Assembly (NCBI RefSeq): GCF_000148385.1
Contig: NC_014537.1
Span: 420,001-452,000, forward strand
Length of the DNA stretch: 32,000 nucleotides
Reading direction: 5' to 3'
DNA from: Vulcanisaeta distributa DSM 14429
Lineage (GTDB): Archaea; Thermoproteota; Thermoprotei; Thermoproteales; Thermocladiaceae
Of the stretch, positions 1 to 8,668 are shown in pieces. Within the stretch, counting starts at the first letter, position 1; every line of letters begins with the position of its first letter. Made by a program: the position numbers and the translations under genes. The notes beneath the pieces were generated by a model, which saw only the letters and a program-made list of their open reading frames with translations, had not been told where the DNA came from and searched no databases.

Positions 1-984
1 GAGGTATAGTACGGCTATGAGAATCGGCAATACGTAGGGTGTCGATGATAGGACCACGGCCCTATTAAACCCCTCCAGTACATAGGGTAGGAATTTACCT
101 GTTGAGAACATGGATATTAACATAAGGGCGAGGATTGCCAGTGTGGCGTAAATCAATATTCGTGACCCCCTACGCATCGTTACGTAATCGATTAGGAGGA
201 TGGCTATGAGGATTGGTGTTGAGATTAGGCCTGGCGTTACGAATGTAGTGACTGTATACGCCCTGAGGTAGTCCACGTACCAGTAATAGGTGAGTAGGCC
301 CAGGGCTATTACCGTAATTGCCACGTAAAGCGCATGCCAGGCATTATTACCGCTTAGGTAGTTACTCATCAGCACCGTTATTGTCATTATGAAGGAATAC
401 GCCAGGGCCATTAACAATGTGAAGTGGTGGGCGAAGAGTATGGCTATGAAGGTCAAGACCATAACTAACAGGTTCTGCCTGAGGTGCTTCCTATCTATTA
501 ATGCCATGTACGTGGTCAGCATGTAGGCGTAGAATGGGTATTGAGCCGCGGTCTCCTTCATTACTGATGAATCAACAAGGAGCTTAACACTTAGTACTGC
601 GAATAGTAAGCCAGTGATCAGGGTTGCCATGTCACTTCCCGTAAGCCTTCTCACGAGTAGTATGAAGGGTATTATTGATAGGGATGCAAGAATGTTCACG
701 ACATAGAACGACTGTATAGGCCCTAAGCCAAGCACAGACTGTGATAGGGCGAGCAGTAGGTTTACAGTGGGCCACTTATAATTGTAGCTGACCATTGATG
801 GGTTTGGTGATGGACCGAAGAGATAGCCAGTCCTCAGTAGGGTTTCTGAGTGGGCTATGTGGGTCCAGGAGTCGGGTATGTACGGTAGGCCGTTGATCAC
901 GTAATTGAGTAGTATTAATGATGCGAGTATTACAAGTGGTGCAGCTGTGGACGCGGTCTTAATTACTTCTCTATCTTTCTCCAT
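1..984 (-). CDS. Polytopic integral membrane protein, 3' end runs off the window (GT-C-like glycosyltransferase/polymerase candidate)
   Basis: Absent from the supplied track because it has no stop inside the window. I checked every + strand triplet in frame 1 from 1 to 984 and found no tta/cta/tca, so the minus frame is open for 328 codons from the ATG at 984-982 (MEKDREVIKTASTAAPLVILASLILLNYVINGLPYIPDSWTHIAHSE...). The translation is a run of hydrophobic helices with an acidic first loop. It overlaps the stop of the upstream GT2 gene by 22 nt. Confidence 0.6.
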   Translation of the reverse strand, partial: MEKDREVIKTASTAAPLVILASLILLNYVINGLPYIPDSWTHIAHSETLLRTGYLFGPSPNPSMVSYNYKWPTVNLLLALSQSVLGLGPIQSFYVVNILASLSIIPFILLVRRLTGSDMATLITGLLFAVLSVKLLVDSSVMKETAAQYPFYAYMLTTYMALIDRKHLRQNLLVMVLTFIAILFAHHFTLLMALAYSFIMTITVLMSNYLSGNNAWHALYVAITVIALGLLTYYWYVDYLRAYTVTTFVTPGLISTPILIAILLIDYVTMRRGSRILIYATLAILALMLISMFSTGKFLPYVLEGFNRAVVLSSTPYVLPILIAVLYL

Positions 985-2087
985 ACCAACTCCTTATTCC
1001 ATAGGTTTCTAATTGCGGCCACCACGAGTATTACCTGGGTCATCACCCAGGTCCGGAAGAACTTATTGGCAAGTAGGGCGGCTCCAATCAGTAGTAATGC
1101 AATGGGTATTAAGGCGCCGTGTATTGCGGATAGGACTATGAATATGAGACCCACCATGAAAAGCCAGGGATTAATCAAGTGTAGGTATGATTCATAGAGC
1201 ATTATTTGCCTGTAATCCCTGGGTGGATCCTTACCCTCAATTAGCATGTACCTCAGGAACCTCAGGAAGTGCTGGATCAGGTGCTGAGCCCTCCTTACCC
1301 TCCACATCCAGTAGCCCTTACTTGGCACATACTCAATGCACTTAACATCCTCGGGGATAATCGCCCTATAGCCCATAATCGATATTAAGCCGGCCGTGTG
1401 GCTATCATCTGCGCCAAGGTCCGTGGGGAAACCACCCACTCTCTCAAGTAAATCCCTCCTGAACGCAGCCAACTCCCCGTGGAATATGGCAGACGAGAAC
1501 TTCCTACTCTCAGCAAGCCTAAGCAGGCCGTAGTAATTCCTATACTCGGCCTCAATGCCCTTGTCCGTCCTCGGTATCTTATTGCAGGAGACAGCGCCAA
1601 CGTCTTTATTCATTAACCAGGCAATGGCATTTCTAAGAGAGTCCTTTAACCAGGCTGAGTCAGCGTCGGTGACCACTATAATGTCCCCCTTAGTATTCCT
1701 CAATGCCGTGTTCAACGCATGCATTTTCCCCCTTCGAACACCCTCCTCAATAACTCTAACATTAACGTCTCCATGACCCTTAACCCACTCACGGACTAAC
1801 TCTATGGTTCCATCGGTACTGCCGGAATCAACGATTATGACCTCAAACCTATCCCTTGGGTAATCCTGCATGTAGATATTATTCAATTTCTGAGTTATTA
1901 CCTTAGCCTCATTGTACGTAGGTATTATTATCGACACAAATGGCGGGTCAGCATCGAGCACATTATCACTGCCCACCCCATTACCAAGCCTCAACCAACT
2001 CCTCGCAATCACGTAATAAATACTTGGCGTTATGAAGTGCATCATTATAAGTGCAATGCCTAATTCCTCAATTAATAAGCTCACCAT
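963..2087 (-). CDS. Family 2 glycosyltransferase (GT-A fold) with C-terminal transmembrane helices
   Basis: 374-aa ORF. It has the N-terminal GT2 signature VSIIIPTYNEAKVI...VIIVDSGSTDGT, the DxD-type motif VVTDADS, and a hydrophobic C-terminal ~80 aa. An AT-rich intergenic region lies upstream. Confidence 0.85.
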   Translation of the reverse strand: MVSLLIEELGIALIMMHFITPSIYYVIARSWLRLGNGVGSDNVLDADPPFVSIIIPTYNEAKVITQKLNNIYMQDYPRDRFEVIIVDSGSTDGTIELVREWVKGHGDVNVRVIEEGVRRGKMHALNTALRNTKGDIIVVTDADSAWLKDSLRNAIAWLMNKDVGAVSCNKIPRTDKGIEAEYRNYYGLLRLAESRKFSSAIFHGELAAFRRDLLERVGGFPTDLGADDSHTAGLISIMGYRAIIPEDVKCIEYVPSKGYWMWRVRRAQHLIQHFLRFLRYMLIEGKDPPRDYRQIMLYESYLHLINPWLFMVGLIFIVLSAIHGALIPIALLLIGAALLANKFFRTWVMTQVILVVAAIRNLWNKELVWRKIEK

Positions 2088-2175
2088 ATTTTCACCATCA
2101 TTATATATGTTTGCTAATTCAATTATAATATCCTATAATATTTTAAAGCATTACCCCTAAAATAGGAATTGGAGA
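2088..2175 (-). promoter_or_regulatory. AT-rich intergenic region, probable promoter for the GT2 / membrane-protein pair
   Basis: This 88-nt gap is much more AT-rich than its flanks. It has several TATA-like strings on the minus strand (catatataa, tattataatt). None sits exactly at -26 from the ATG at 2087, so the exact box is unresolved. Confidence 0.3.
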
Positions 2176-3459
2176 CTATACGGAAATACAAACTATGCGC
2201 TCCTTAAAGGCATTGCATATCGGCTCCACGAACAACCCCTGCCCAATGACTATGACGCCCTCCCTAACCATGCCCCTAATCCTTAGGGGTATTGAGTACT
2301 TAATGGTGCTCAGGACATCCGCATAATCACCACCACCAACAAGTCTCACATTTAGATTTTCAATCTCACCCAAGGCTCTCTCGATTATTTCGAAATAATT
2401 ATCCCTACTGAGCACGTAATTAGTGGCTTCCCCATCCCTATTCACGGAGATGACTTCTATCCTCGGAATTCTTGTTAATAGCTCAGCAGTTAGGTAAACA
2501 AGGGCTTCACCCACCCTATCAACCAATGTGGGGTTCGTTGCGTAGGACAGTAGGATGATGGGCCCCGTCAATCCCGGACCCTGTAGCAACTTGATGATTA
2601 ATCTATTCAATTTCGCACTCTTTTTCCAGTGCAACCTCCTAATTGGGTCGCCTGGCGTGTACTCCCTGACCTCACGTATATCCTCGGCACCCAACGCCGA
2701 TTGAGCCAGCAATTCCCTGGCGAATTGAATTGCTGTCCTTGCCCTGGGTATTACGGTAATGCGCGGATGCCTAACGACCCTCCTCACCCTCACGAGACCG
2801 CGCATGTCGGTGAAGGTGATGATGAGCCTCGGCCTCTTCACACCACCAAGGCTGTACCTAGCGCTCACGTTGATGTAGGCCTCGCCATTGAGGTAAAGCC
2901 TGGCTGGGCTTACCCTGAGGTTCCCCGGGGCCTTAACCTCCACCACCGCCCTGAGCGGGGGTTTTGTGGTCACCGCCAATGAATATGACAACTCAGAACC
3001 TGCATTAATACGTAAATTCCTACTCGGTCTTAACTCGATTATTACCGTGTGGAACCTAATGGCGTTTATGAACGATATTAGTAATATATAGAGTAGCGGT
3101 ATGGTGAATGATGCTGCGATGTAGAACTGCCTAAGGATTACCGCAAGGGATGTCGATGCTGCAAGGGGTGCTGCGTAGAACCACCAGGGCCTTTCATTAC
3201 CCATTTTAAGGGCGTTGTCGATTAATAAAATCGATATTGATGTTAACATAATATCTATAGGCGGTGTGGCCAACGATAACAATGCCGTCACACCCAGCGA
3301 TAGTGGTAGTGGGTAATTATTCCAGTAAAGCCACGCTATGATTACAATCACCATGTACACTGCGAATAACGCCACATTACCCAACGAAAGCGCTGCCGCC
3401 GCTATGAGCATTGATGTGGTGAGTACCTGCACCCATTGACTGGTAAGTCTCCTCATCAT
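2176..3459 (-). CDS. DUF58-family protein with N-terminal multi-pass membrane domain
   Basis: 427-aa ORF. It carries the hallmark DUF58 block VREYTPGDPIRRLHWKKSAKLNRLIIK. About 130 aa at the N-terminus are hydrophobic helices. The start overlaps the MoxR stop in ATGATGA (3456-3459). Confidence 0.8.
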   Translation of the reverse strand: MMRRLTSQWVQVLTTSMLIAAAALSLGNVALFAVYMVIVIIAWLYWNNYPLPLSLGVTALLSLATPPIDIMLTSISILLIDNALKMGNERPWWFYAAPLAASTSLAVILRQFYIAASFTIPLLYILLISFINAIRFHTVIIELRPSRNLRINAGSELSYSLAVTTKPPLRAVVEVKAPGNLRVSPARLYLNGEAYINVSARYSLGGVKRPRLIITFTDMRGLVRVRRVVRHPRITVIPRARTAIQFARELLAQSALGAEDIREVREYTPGDPIRRLHWKKSAKLNRLIIKLLQGPGLTGPIILLSYATNPTLVDRVGEALVYLTAELLTRIPRIEVISVNRDGEATNYVLSRDNYFEIIERALGEIENLNVRLVGGGDYADVLSTIKYSIPLRIRGMVREGVIVIGQGLFVEPICNAFKERIVCISV

Positions 3460-4421
3460 GGCTTTACCGGGGTCTGTATGTAGTGTGGGACGGGGACCTT
3501 ATTCAACGCGTCGTTGATGACGTCCATCGGCGTTACGGAACCCCTATACTCAGGCCTGAGGATTATCCTATGCATGAGGGCTGGGTACACTGCTGCCTTA
3601 ACGTCATCGGGAAGCACGTAGTCCCTACCATCGAGGTAGGCCAGGGCCCTTGAGAGCTTGAAGAGGCTTATGGGCGCCCTAGTGCTGAGTGTTACCTGAA
3701 CCCTTGGATCGCTCCTGATCTCCTTAATCAAGCCCATGATGTAGCCGAGCACCGAGTCATCGACGTACACCCCCTTCACATCATCCATCAATTTCACAAC
3801 CTCGCCCAGGCTAATGGTATTGCTTAATGTATATAATTCACGTTCTATCCTGTCAATATCCTTAACTATCATTGCCTCCTCAGCATCACTTACGTAGTTC
3901 ACGTATATACTCGACATGAACCTATCGAGTATTGCCATCGGCAGCGCCTGGGTATAGCCGAGCTCGACCTCAACTATGTTCATTGTTGCGAGGACTATGT
4001 GGGGCTTGGGTAGCTCAAGGGGTGTGCCGTCGATGGTCACCTGCCCTTCCTGCATTGCCTCAATCAATGCCGATAGGGTCCTCGGTGGCGCCCTATTAAT
4101 TTCGTCAAGGAGAACCACGTTTGCGAAGATGGGCCCCTTAACAAGCCTGGGCTCCATACCGGGTGCATAAATCATGAAGCCCAGTATGTCTGACGGTAAT
4201 GTCTCGTTAGTCATCTGAACCCTCTTAAACGTACCCCCTATTATCGACGCCAATGCCTTAGCCAGTGTTGTTTTACCTGAACCTATTGGACCCAGCAATA
4301 ATGCATGTCCCTCGCTGAGGAGCGTTGCCAGTAGTGTCTGTATTACCGGTTCGTTACCAATGAATACCCTTGAAATACCATCCTTAATGCGCTTAATTGC
4401 GCTAAGCCACTTAACGCTCAT
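3456..4421 (-). CDS. moxR: MoxR-family AAA+ ATPase
   Basis: 321-aa ORF with Walker A LLLGPIGSGKTTLAKALA and Walker B VVLLDEINRAPPRTLSALIEAMQE. Its single AAA_3-type length and its position immediately upstream of DUF58 match the canonical MoxR-DUF58 pairing. Confidence 0.9.
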   Translation of the reverse strand: MSVKWLSAIKRIKDGISRVFIGNEPVIQTLLATLLSEGHALLLGPIGSGKTTLAKALASIIGGTFKRVQMTNETLPSDILGFMIYAPGMEPRLVKGPIFANVVLLDEINRAPPRTLSALIEAMQEGQVTIDGTPLELPKPHIVLATMNIVEVELGYTQALPMAILDRFMSSIYVNYVSDAEEAMIVKDIDRIERELYTLSNTISLGEVVKLMDDVKGVYVDDSVLGYIMGLIKEIRSDPRVQVTLSTRAPISLFKLSRALAYLDGRDYVLPDDVKAAVYPALMHRIILRPEYRGSVTPMDVINDALNKVPVPHYIQTPVKP

Positions 4422-4437
4422 ACATCAATGCCGTGCC

Positions 4438-5292
4438 TCACCTCTTTATTAATAGTATCGCTATGATTATTACGACCGGAATAATTACTATGAGGTAATT
4501 AATTGGGTAAGTGGATGCGTAGGCATAGACTATCAATAGCCAGGCCCTGACGACTCCCTGGGGATTACTCGCCAACGTGCTTTCCAGGTATAGCGCCGTG
4601 CCATTACCACACAATGCCCTTAGGAATTCTGCATTACCTGCCTCATTAATCATGGAGTTCATGAACATGCCTGGGCTGGACACCAATATCACGTAACCCC
4701 TGCCCACGGGTATGGCGACGACCACAGGGAATGGCCCTGTGGAATTACCCGCTGTGCTGAACCTGCTCGTTATGGCAATGTCCACGACGTCGGTATCGTT
4801 AATGATGATGGTTGTAGCGTCGTCAAGCGCTATGATTGTGGCGTTGGTCTGGATCACGGGGTTGCTAACGATGAAGGCCAGTGGGAATTTCTCATTAATT
4901 ACGTTCAATACGGGGTCCTCAATGACGTTACCCGTAAACCTACTCCCAACGCCTAACTCGCTGAGTAATTGGTTGCTGAATGACTCATTACCATTAAGTA
5001 CCACCAACCTGCCGCCATTTATCACGTAGTTGAGTAGTTCCGTAACCAGGGACTTGCCAATGTTGTCCTCAGGGACTATGAATATTGAGGATACATTCGC
5101 CAGATTATTGGGCAAGGCGTAAATGGGCCTTAGGCATATTGACGCGGCCTCTGAGTAGCCATCCCAGTAGGTGTTGTAGGCGTCGAATGGGGTGAGTGAT
5201 GGGCCGAGGGCGATCATCATGAGTATCAGCAGTAGGATGGCTAGGGAGAGGAGTATCCACTTTATCGAGTAAGCCTTCCCGCCAGCTCCCAT
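4438..5292 (-). CDS. Membrane-anchored DUF4350-like protein
   Basis: 284-aa ORF with N- and C-terminal TM helices around an ectodomain. Blocks such as GGRLVVLNGNESFSNQLLSELG and GRGYVILVSSPGMFMNSMINEAGNAEFLRAL resemble the DUF4350 proteins found beside MoxR/DUF58. This assignment is from memory of the family. Confidence 0.55.
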   Translation of the reverse strand: MGAGGKAYSIKWILLSLAILLLILMMIALGPSLTPFDAYNTYWDGYSEAASICLRPIYALPNNLANVSSIFIVPEDNIGKSLVTELLNYVINGGRLVVLNGNESFSNQLLSELGVGSRFTGNVIEDPVLNVINEKFPLAFIVSNPVIQTNATIIALDDATTIIINDTDVVDIAITSRFSTAGNSTGPFPVVVAIPVGRGYVILVSSPGMFMNSMINEAGNAEFLRALCGNGTALYLESTLASNPQGVVRAWLLIVYAYASTYPINYLIVIIPVVIIIAILLIKR

Positions 5293-7121
5293 GCCCTCCT
5301 CACATCCTCATCACTTGGTATGTGGGGTGAGTATAGGGCGTATTCGCCGAGCCTAACCAGTTCCGCAAATACCGCATACTCCTCCTCACTTAACTTATTC
5401 TGAACAGCCCTTAGGTATTCCCTGAGTGTATCCGTACTCCTAAGCCTAACCCCAGTCCTATTGCCAATGGCGTAAATGGCGCTCGCCAAGGCATCAACAA
5501 TATCCCTAACACTCTTAATGTCTATCTTACTCCTTAACGCAGTCCTCATGATTTCCTTTCTCAAGGCCCTAACCTCAGCGCTTCGCCTGGTCATGATGAG
5601 TATGGGGCTTGCCTGAAACCGTGAGTTATTAATCGTAATCCCCTCCCCACCTGGCAATGCTATTGCTCCAGACCTCACAATTAGGAATAGCGCCACGATT
5701 ATTGCCATTGGTATGATAACCTCAGGTATATTCACCACGAATATGCCATAGGTATATGCAATACCCATCACCGGCGGGTTTGGACTCACTGAAATAACTA
5801 TGTCATGCCTACCCATACTCAGGAGTAGCGATGTTGGCATTGAGACCGTGAAATTCGGACTATTCAAGTCCAGGTGCATTGTCTCACCGCCTATTGATAA
5901 CGACAGTGATAAATTACCAACCCAGGGACTCACAAAACCCCTCAGGGTAATCGGTAGGCCCGCTATTGCCAGGTAGTTCGTACTTATCGTTATGTTCGTG
6001 ACCACGGAATTCACCGAAACCGAACCAACCACGTACGCAGGTGAGTATGGGCCAACCGGCGGTGCGTAGATAGTGATTGAGTAATTACCTGGTGTCATAT
6101 TGCCCGTGCTTATCATTACCGAGAATTCGTTATTCACCGTGTACGTACTAACGTTAACCCCATCAATACTAATAATCACCTGCCTAATCGGTGGGCCACT
6201 CACGTAACCACTCACGTTGATGGGCTCACCCCACATGACATGGCTCGTGTAATTGGCTGTGAGTGACGTCGTGTTGAATGCCACGTTTACCTGCACAGTG
6301 GCTTCAGATGGTAAGTAATTACTACCCAGTGGTGGGTTGTAGATCGCCGTTAAGTTAATATTGCTCACGTATACCTGTGGCATTGTGAATGTTAGTAAGT
6401 ATTGACCGTAAACATTCGTTAATGCCTTACCAACGTAGTTACCCCCTACGTAGATATTGATTGTGGCGTTGGGTATTGGTGTGCCATTAATTGTGGTTAA
6501 TACGCCATACACCGTAACCTGGCTCCCAACAACCACAGTGCTTGGCGTGGCATTTACCGTTAGCTCAGTCCTAGTGTAGTTGCTGGTTAGTACGTTTATG
6601 AAGGTCTCATTTAGGCCAATTAGGTACTGCCTAATTGACTGGGCGGCGCTGATAACCTGCCCGGCACTACCCGGTGCAATATTGTTGAACATGCTTAATA
6701 TCGCATTTAATTCATTATCAGCCTCACTATCAATAAGCAAACCCTCAATTGCCAGGGACCTGGCACCGGTATAATTACCCAGTGATATCGAGTTAACCAT
6801 CTCATTGTAGATACTCCTCAACTCAACTAGGTAATTCGTAAGTTGAACCTCATAGTTATGCAGTTGACTTATCAATGGCGAGACCTTAACCGCCGCGGTG
6901 ATGCCAAGGACCTTCGTAATGCTGAGGGCCCCCGTGTAATTACCGAGGGCATTAAGCTCCAGGGCCGTTATGTAAAGCTGAACAACACCCTGAGTGTTAA
7001 CCGAGAGCTTCTCATTAAGTGGGTTTGGGATTGATAGTGATGGCCAGGCAATGGCGTGGCCTAGGTAGACCACCGCCATGACGATCCCAAGGGCGATGAG
7101 GGCTAGGTAAATCACCCTCAT
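5262..7121 (-). CDS. Large sequon-rich surface protein with late TM helix and cytoplasmic DUF4129-like tail
   Basis: 619-aa ORF. It has an N-terminal signal/anchor, a helical head with a duplicated LGNYTGA motif, and beta-rich segments (VTVYGVLTTINGTPIPNATINIYVGGNYVGKALTNVYGQYLL looks like a CarboxypepD_reg-type sandwich). A TM helix (IIPMAIIVALFLIV) is followed by the tail ...STDTLREYLRAVQNKLSEEEYAVFAELVRLGEYALYSPHIPSDEDV, typical of DUF4129. Many N-X-S/T sites. Confidence 0.6.
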   Translation of the reverse strand: MRVIYLALIALGIVMAVVYLGHAIAWPSLSIPNPLNEKLSVNTQGVVQLYITALELNALGNYTGALSITKVLGITAAVKVSPLISQLHNYEVQLTNYLVELRSIYNEMVNSISLGNYTGARSLAIEGLLIDSEADNELNAILSMFNNIAPGSAGQVISAAQSIRQYLIGLNETFINVLTSNYTRTELTVNATPSTVVVGSQVTVYGVLTTINGTPIPNATINIYVGGNYVGKALTNVYGQYLLTFTMPQVYVSNINLTAIYNPPLGSNYLPSEATVQVNVAFNTTSLTANYTSHVMWGEPINVSGYVSGPPIRQVIISIDGVNVSTYTVNNEFSVMISTGNMTPGNYSITIYAPPVGPYSPAYVVGSVSVNSVVTNITISTNYLAIAGLPITLRGFVSPWVGNLSLSLSIGGETMHLDLNSPNFTVSMPTSLLLSMGRHDIVISVSPNPPVMGIAYTYGIFVVNIPEVIIPMAIIVALFLIVRSGAIALPGGEGITINNSRFQASPILIMTRRSAEVRALRKEIMRTALRSKIDIKSVRDIVDALASAIYAIGNRTGVRLRSTDTLREYLRAVQNKLSEEEYAVFAELVRLGEYALYSPHIPSDEDVRRAWELAGRLTR

Positions 7122-7402
7122 ACCACAGCCACACCGAGTATTTGGAGTATTCTCATCACCGCGAAGTATAGGAACACGGCCACGAGTATGGCCGTTATGA
7201 CATTGGCGACCCCACGCGCACCAGGCGGTAGTGGGTGGGCGGTTATTATCGTCACGAGGTAGACCAGCGTGATCAGTGATACGTAGATTGCAAAGTCGTT
7301 AATGCCCAAGTACGCTAGGAACGCTATCACGACCGTGTACAAAACCAGCTGTGCCACTAATAATCGCTTAAGGACCACCACCAACCACCCTAAGCCTAAC
7401 AA
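7118..7402 (-). CDS. Small three-helix membrane protein, unknown function
   Basis: 94-aa ORF, entirely hydrophobic helices. Its stop overlaps the start of the 619-aa gene (4 nt). The track start is TTG at 7402. In-frame GTG codons a few codons downstream are equally plausible, which would reduce the 35-nt overlap. Confidence 0.5.
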   Translation of the reverse strand: MLGLGWLVVVLKRLLVAQLVLYTVVIAFLAYLGINDFAIYVSLITLVYLVTIITAHPLPPGARGVANVITAILVAVFLYFAVMRILQILGVAVV

Positions 7403-8093
7403 CCACGTCCCTACCCCTAACCTCCTCGTTCTCGATCATGACCGGCGAGTTCAGGGACTCTGCAACCACGGAGGCCACCAGGGACGCCGTTGGTGAACCC
7501 AGGACAGCCCTTACCAACTCATTACCATAAAGCTCCCCAACCCTTGAATCCCTGACAACCACGGTGATTCCATTCTCGCCGGGCATTACCGTAACTCCAC
7601 GGGCCACGGTTAGGTGATTAACCATGCAGTTGGTTAGGCTTGTGGCCACGTCACTCCCTATCGCACCAACGCCTAGGCACCTACTCACGGCTATTGAACC
7701 CGGCGTGTGGAGTAATAACCCAGTCTCTCCTTCCCTGCCATACCTAATCGCGAAGCCCCTCGGCAACTTAATACTCGGTGGTTCAGGCCTTACGAGCGGT
7801 ATTAATGCCATTGACGTACCAGCCTCGGTCGCCGAGCTGGGCAGGTAAATCGCCCTACTAGCCGTACCGATACTCTCCAGTAATGCGCTAATGTTCGTCC
7901 ACCCAGACCTGGCGAGTTCGAGCTGAGTCCTCTCCAGTGATCCCTCGCCCCACGCAGCCAGGAGGCCCATTATGAGCACGGCTATCCCAAGCACGAAGAT
8001 GGGGGTTGAGTTTAGGATTAGGTAGCCAATGATTGTGAGGCCAGCCCCAAGTATTATCAATGAGATGCCCAGGTCGCTGTTTAACCCTGGCAC
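7368..8093 (-). CDS. Membrane-anchored protein (2 N-terminal TM helices plus ~170-aa soluble domain), unknown family
   Basis: 241-aa ORF with a GTG start overlapping the upstream gene by 13 nt. I recognise no family motif. Composition and operon context support it as coding. Confidence 0.6.
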   Translation of the reverse strand: MPGLNSDLGISLIILGAGLTIIGYLILNSTPIFVLGIAVLIMGLLAAWGEGSLERTQLELARSGWTNISALLESIGTASRAIYLPSSATEAGTSMALIPLVRPEPPSIKLPRGFAIRYGREGETGLLLHTPGSIAVSRCLGVGAIGSDVATSLTNCMVNHLTVARGVTVMPGENGITVVVRDSRVGELYGNELVRAVLGSPTASLVASVVAESLNSPVMIENEEVRGRDVVVRLRVVGGGP

Positions 8094-8668
8094 CTATCCT
8101 CACCCGCCTCGAATATCCTGGCCTTCCTCACCAGGGCAACCGTGAGTAGGGTTACCGTGACCGCATTCGTGGATACCACGATGGGCACAAACCTAATGCC
8201 CCACGGGGTGTAATTAAGTACTAAGCCAATCAATGGTAGGACTGCTAGGCTGAGGCCAATGGATAGGGCGAGCCTCTCCAGCGGGCTTAACTCATCACCC
8301 CTCGGATACAGTGACTCAACGAGTGCGTAGCCGGGCATGAATAGGAGCATCAGTGCGCCTAGGCCATACCTAAGGTAGATGAGCGGCCCACCGCCTATCA
8401 GGGTCACGGCGAGTATTGACGCGGTGACGAGGGCCAGGGAGACCCAGTACCAAAGGCCCTCAACACTGAAGACGTAGGCCACGGAATTGCGCGGGACACC
8501 CTCAAGCTCCAGTTCGCCATTCTTCCACATCATCATGACCTCGTAGGCAACTAGGCCCTTGGGGACACCCAATGCCCTGGACACCTCAGTTACGAGCTCA
8601 CTCACGCTTGCGCATTGATTGGTGTTGATGGCGTTCTTAATGGCGTTTCTAATGTCGCGGTTATCCAC
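8081..8668 (-). CDS. DUF1616-like membrane module with N-terminal wHTH-like domain
   Basis: 195-aa ORF. The block LLFMPGYALVESLYPRGDELSPLERLALSIGLSLAVLPLIGLVLNYTPWGIRFVPI matches the conserved membrane core I recall for archaeal DUF1616. About 55 soluble aa at the N-terminus (MDNRDIRNAIKNAINTNQCASVSELVTEVSRALGVPKGLVAYEV) look helix-turn-helix-like. Confidence 0.65.
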   Translation of the reverse strand: MDNRDIRNAIKNAINTNQCASVSELVTEVSRALGVPKGLVAYEVMMMWKNGELELEGVPRNSVAYVFSVEGLWYWVSLALVTASILAVTLIGGGPLIYLRYGLGALMLLFMPGYALVESLYPRGDELSPLERLALSIGLSLAVLPLIGLVLNYTPWGIRFVPIVVSTNAVTVTLLTVALVRKARIFEAGEDRCQG

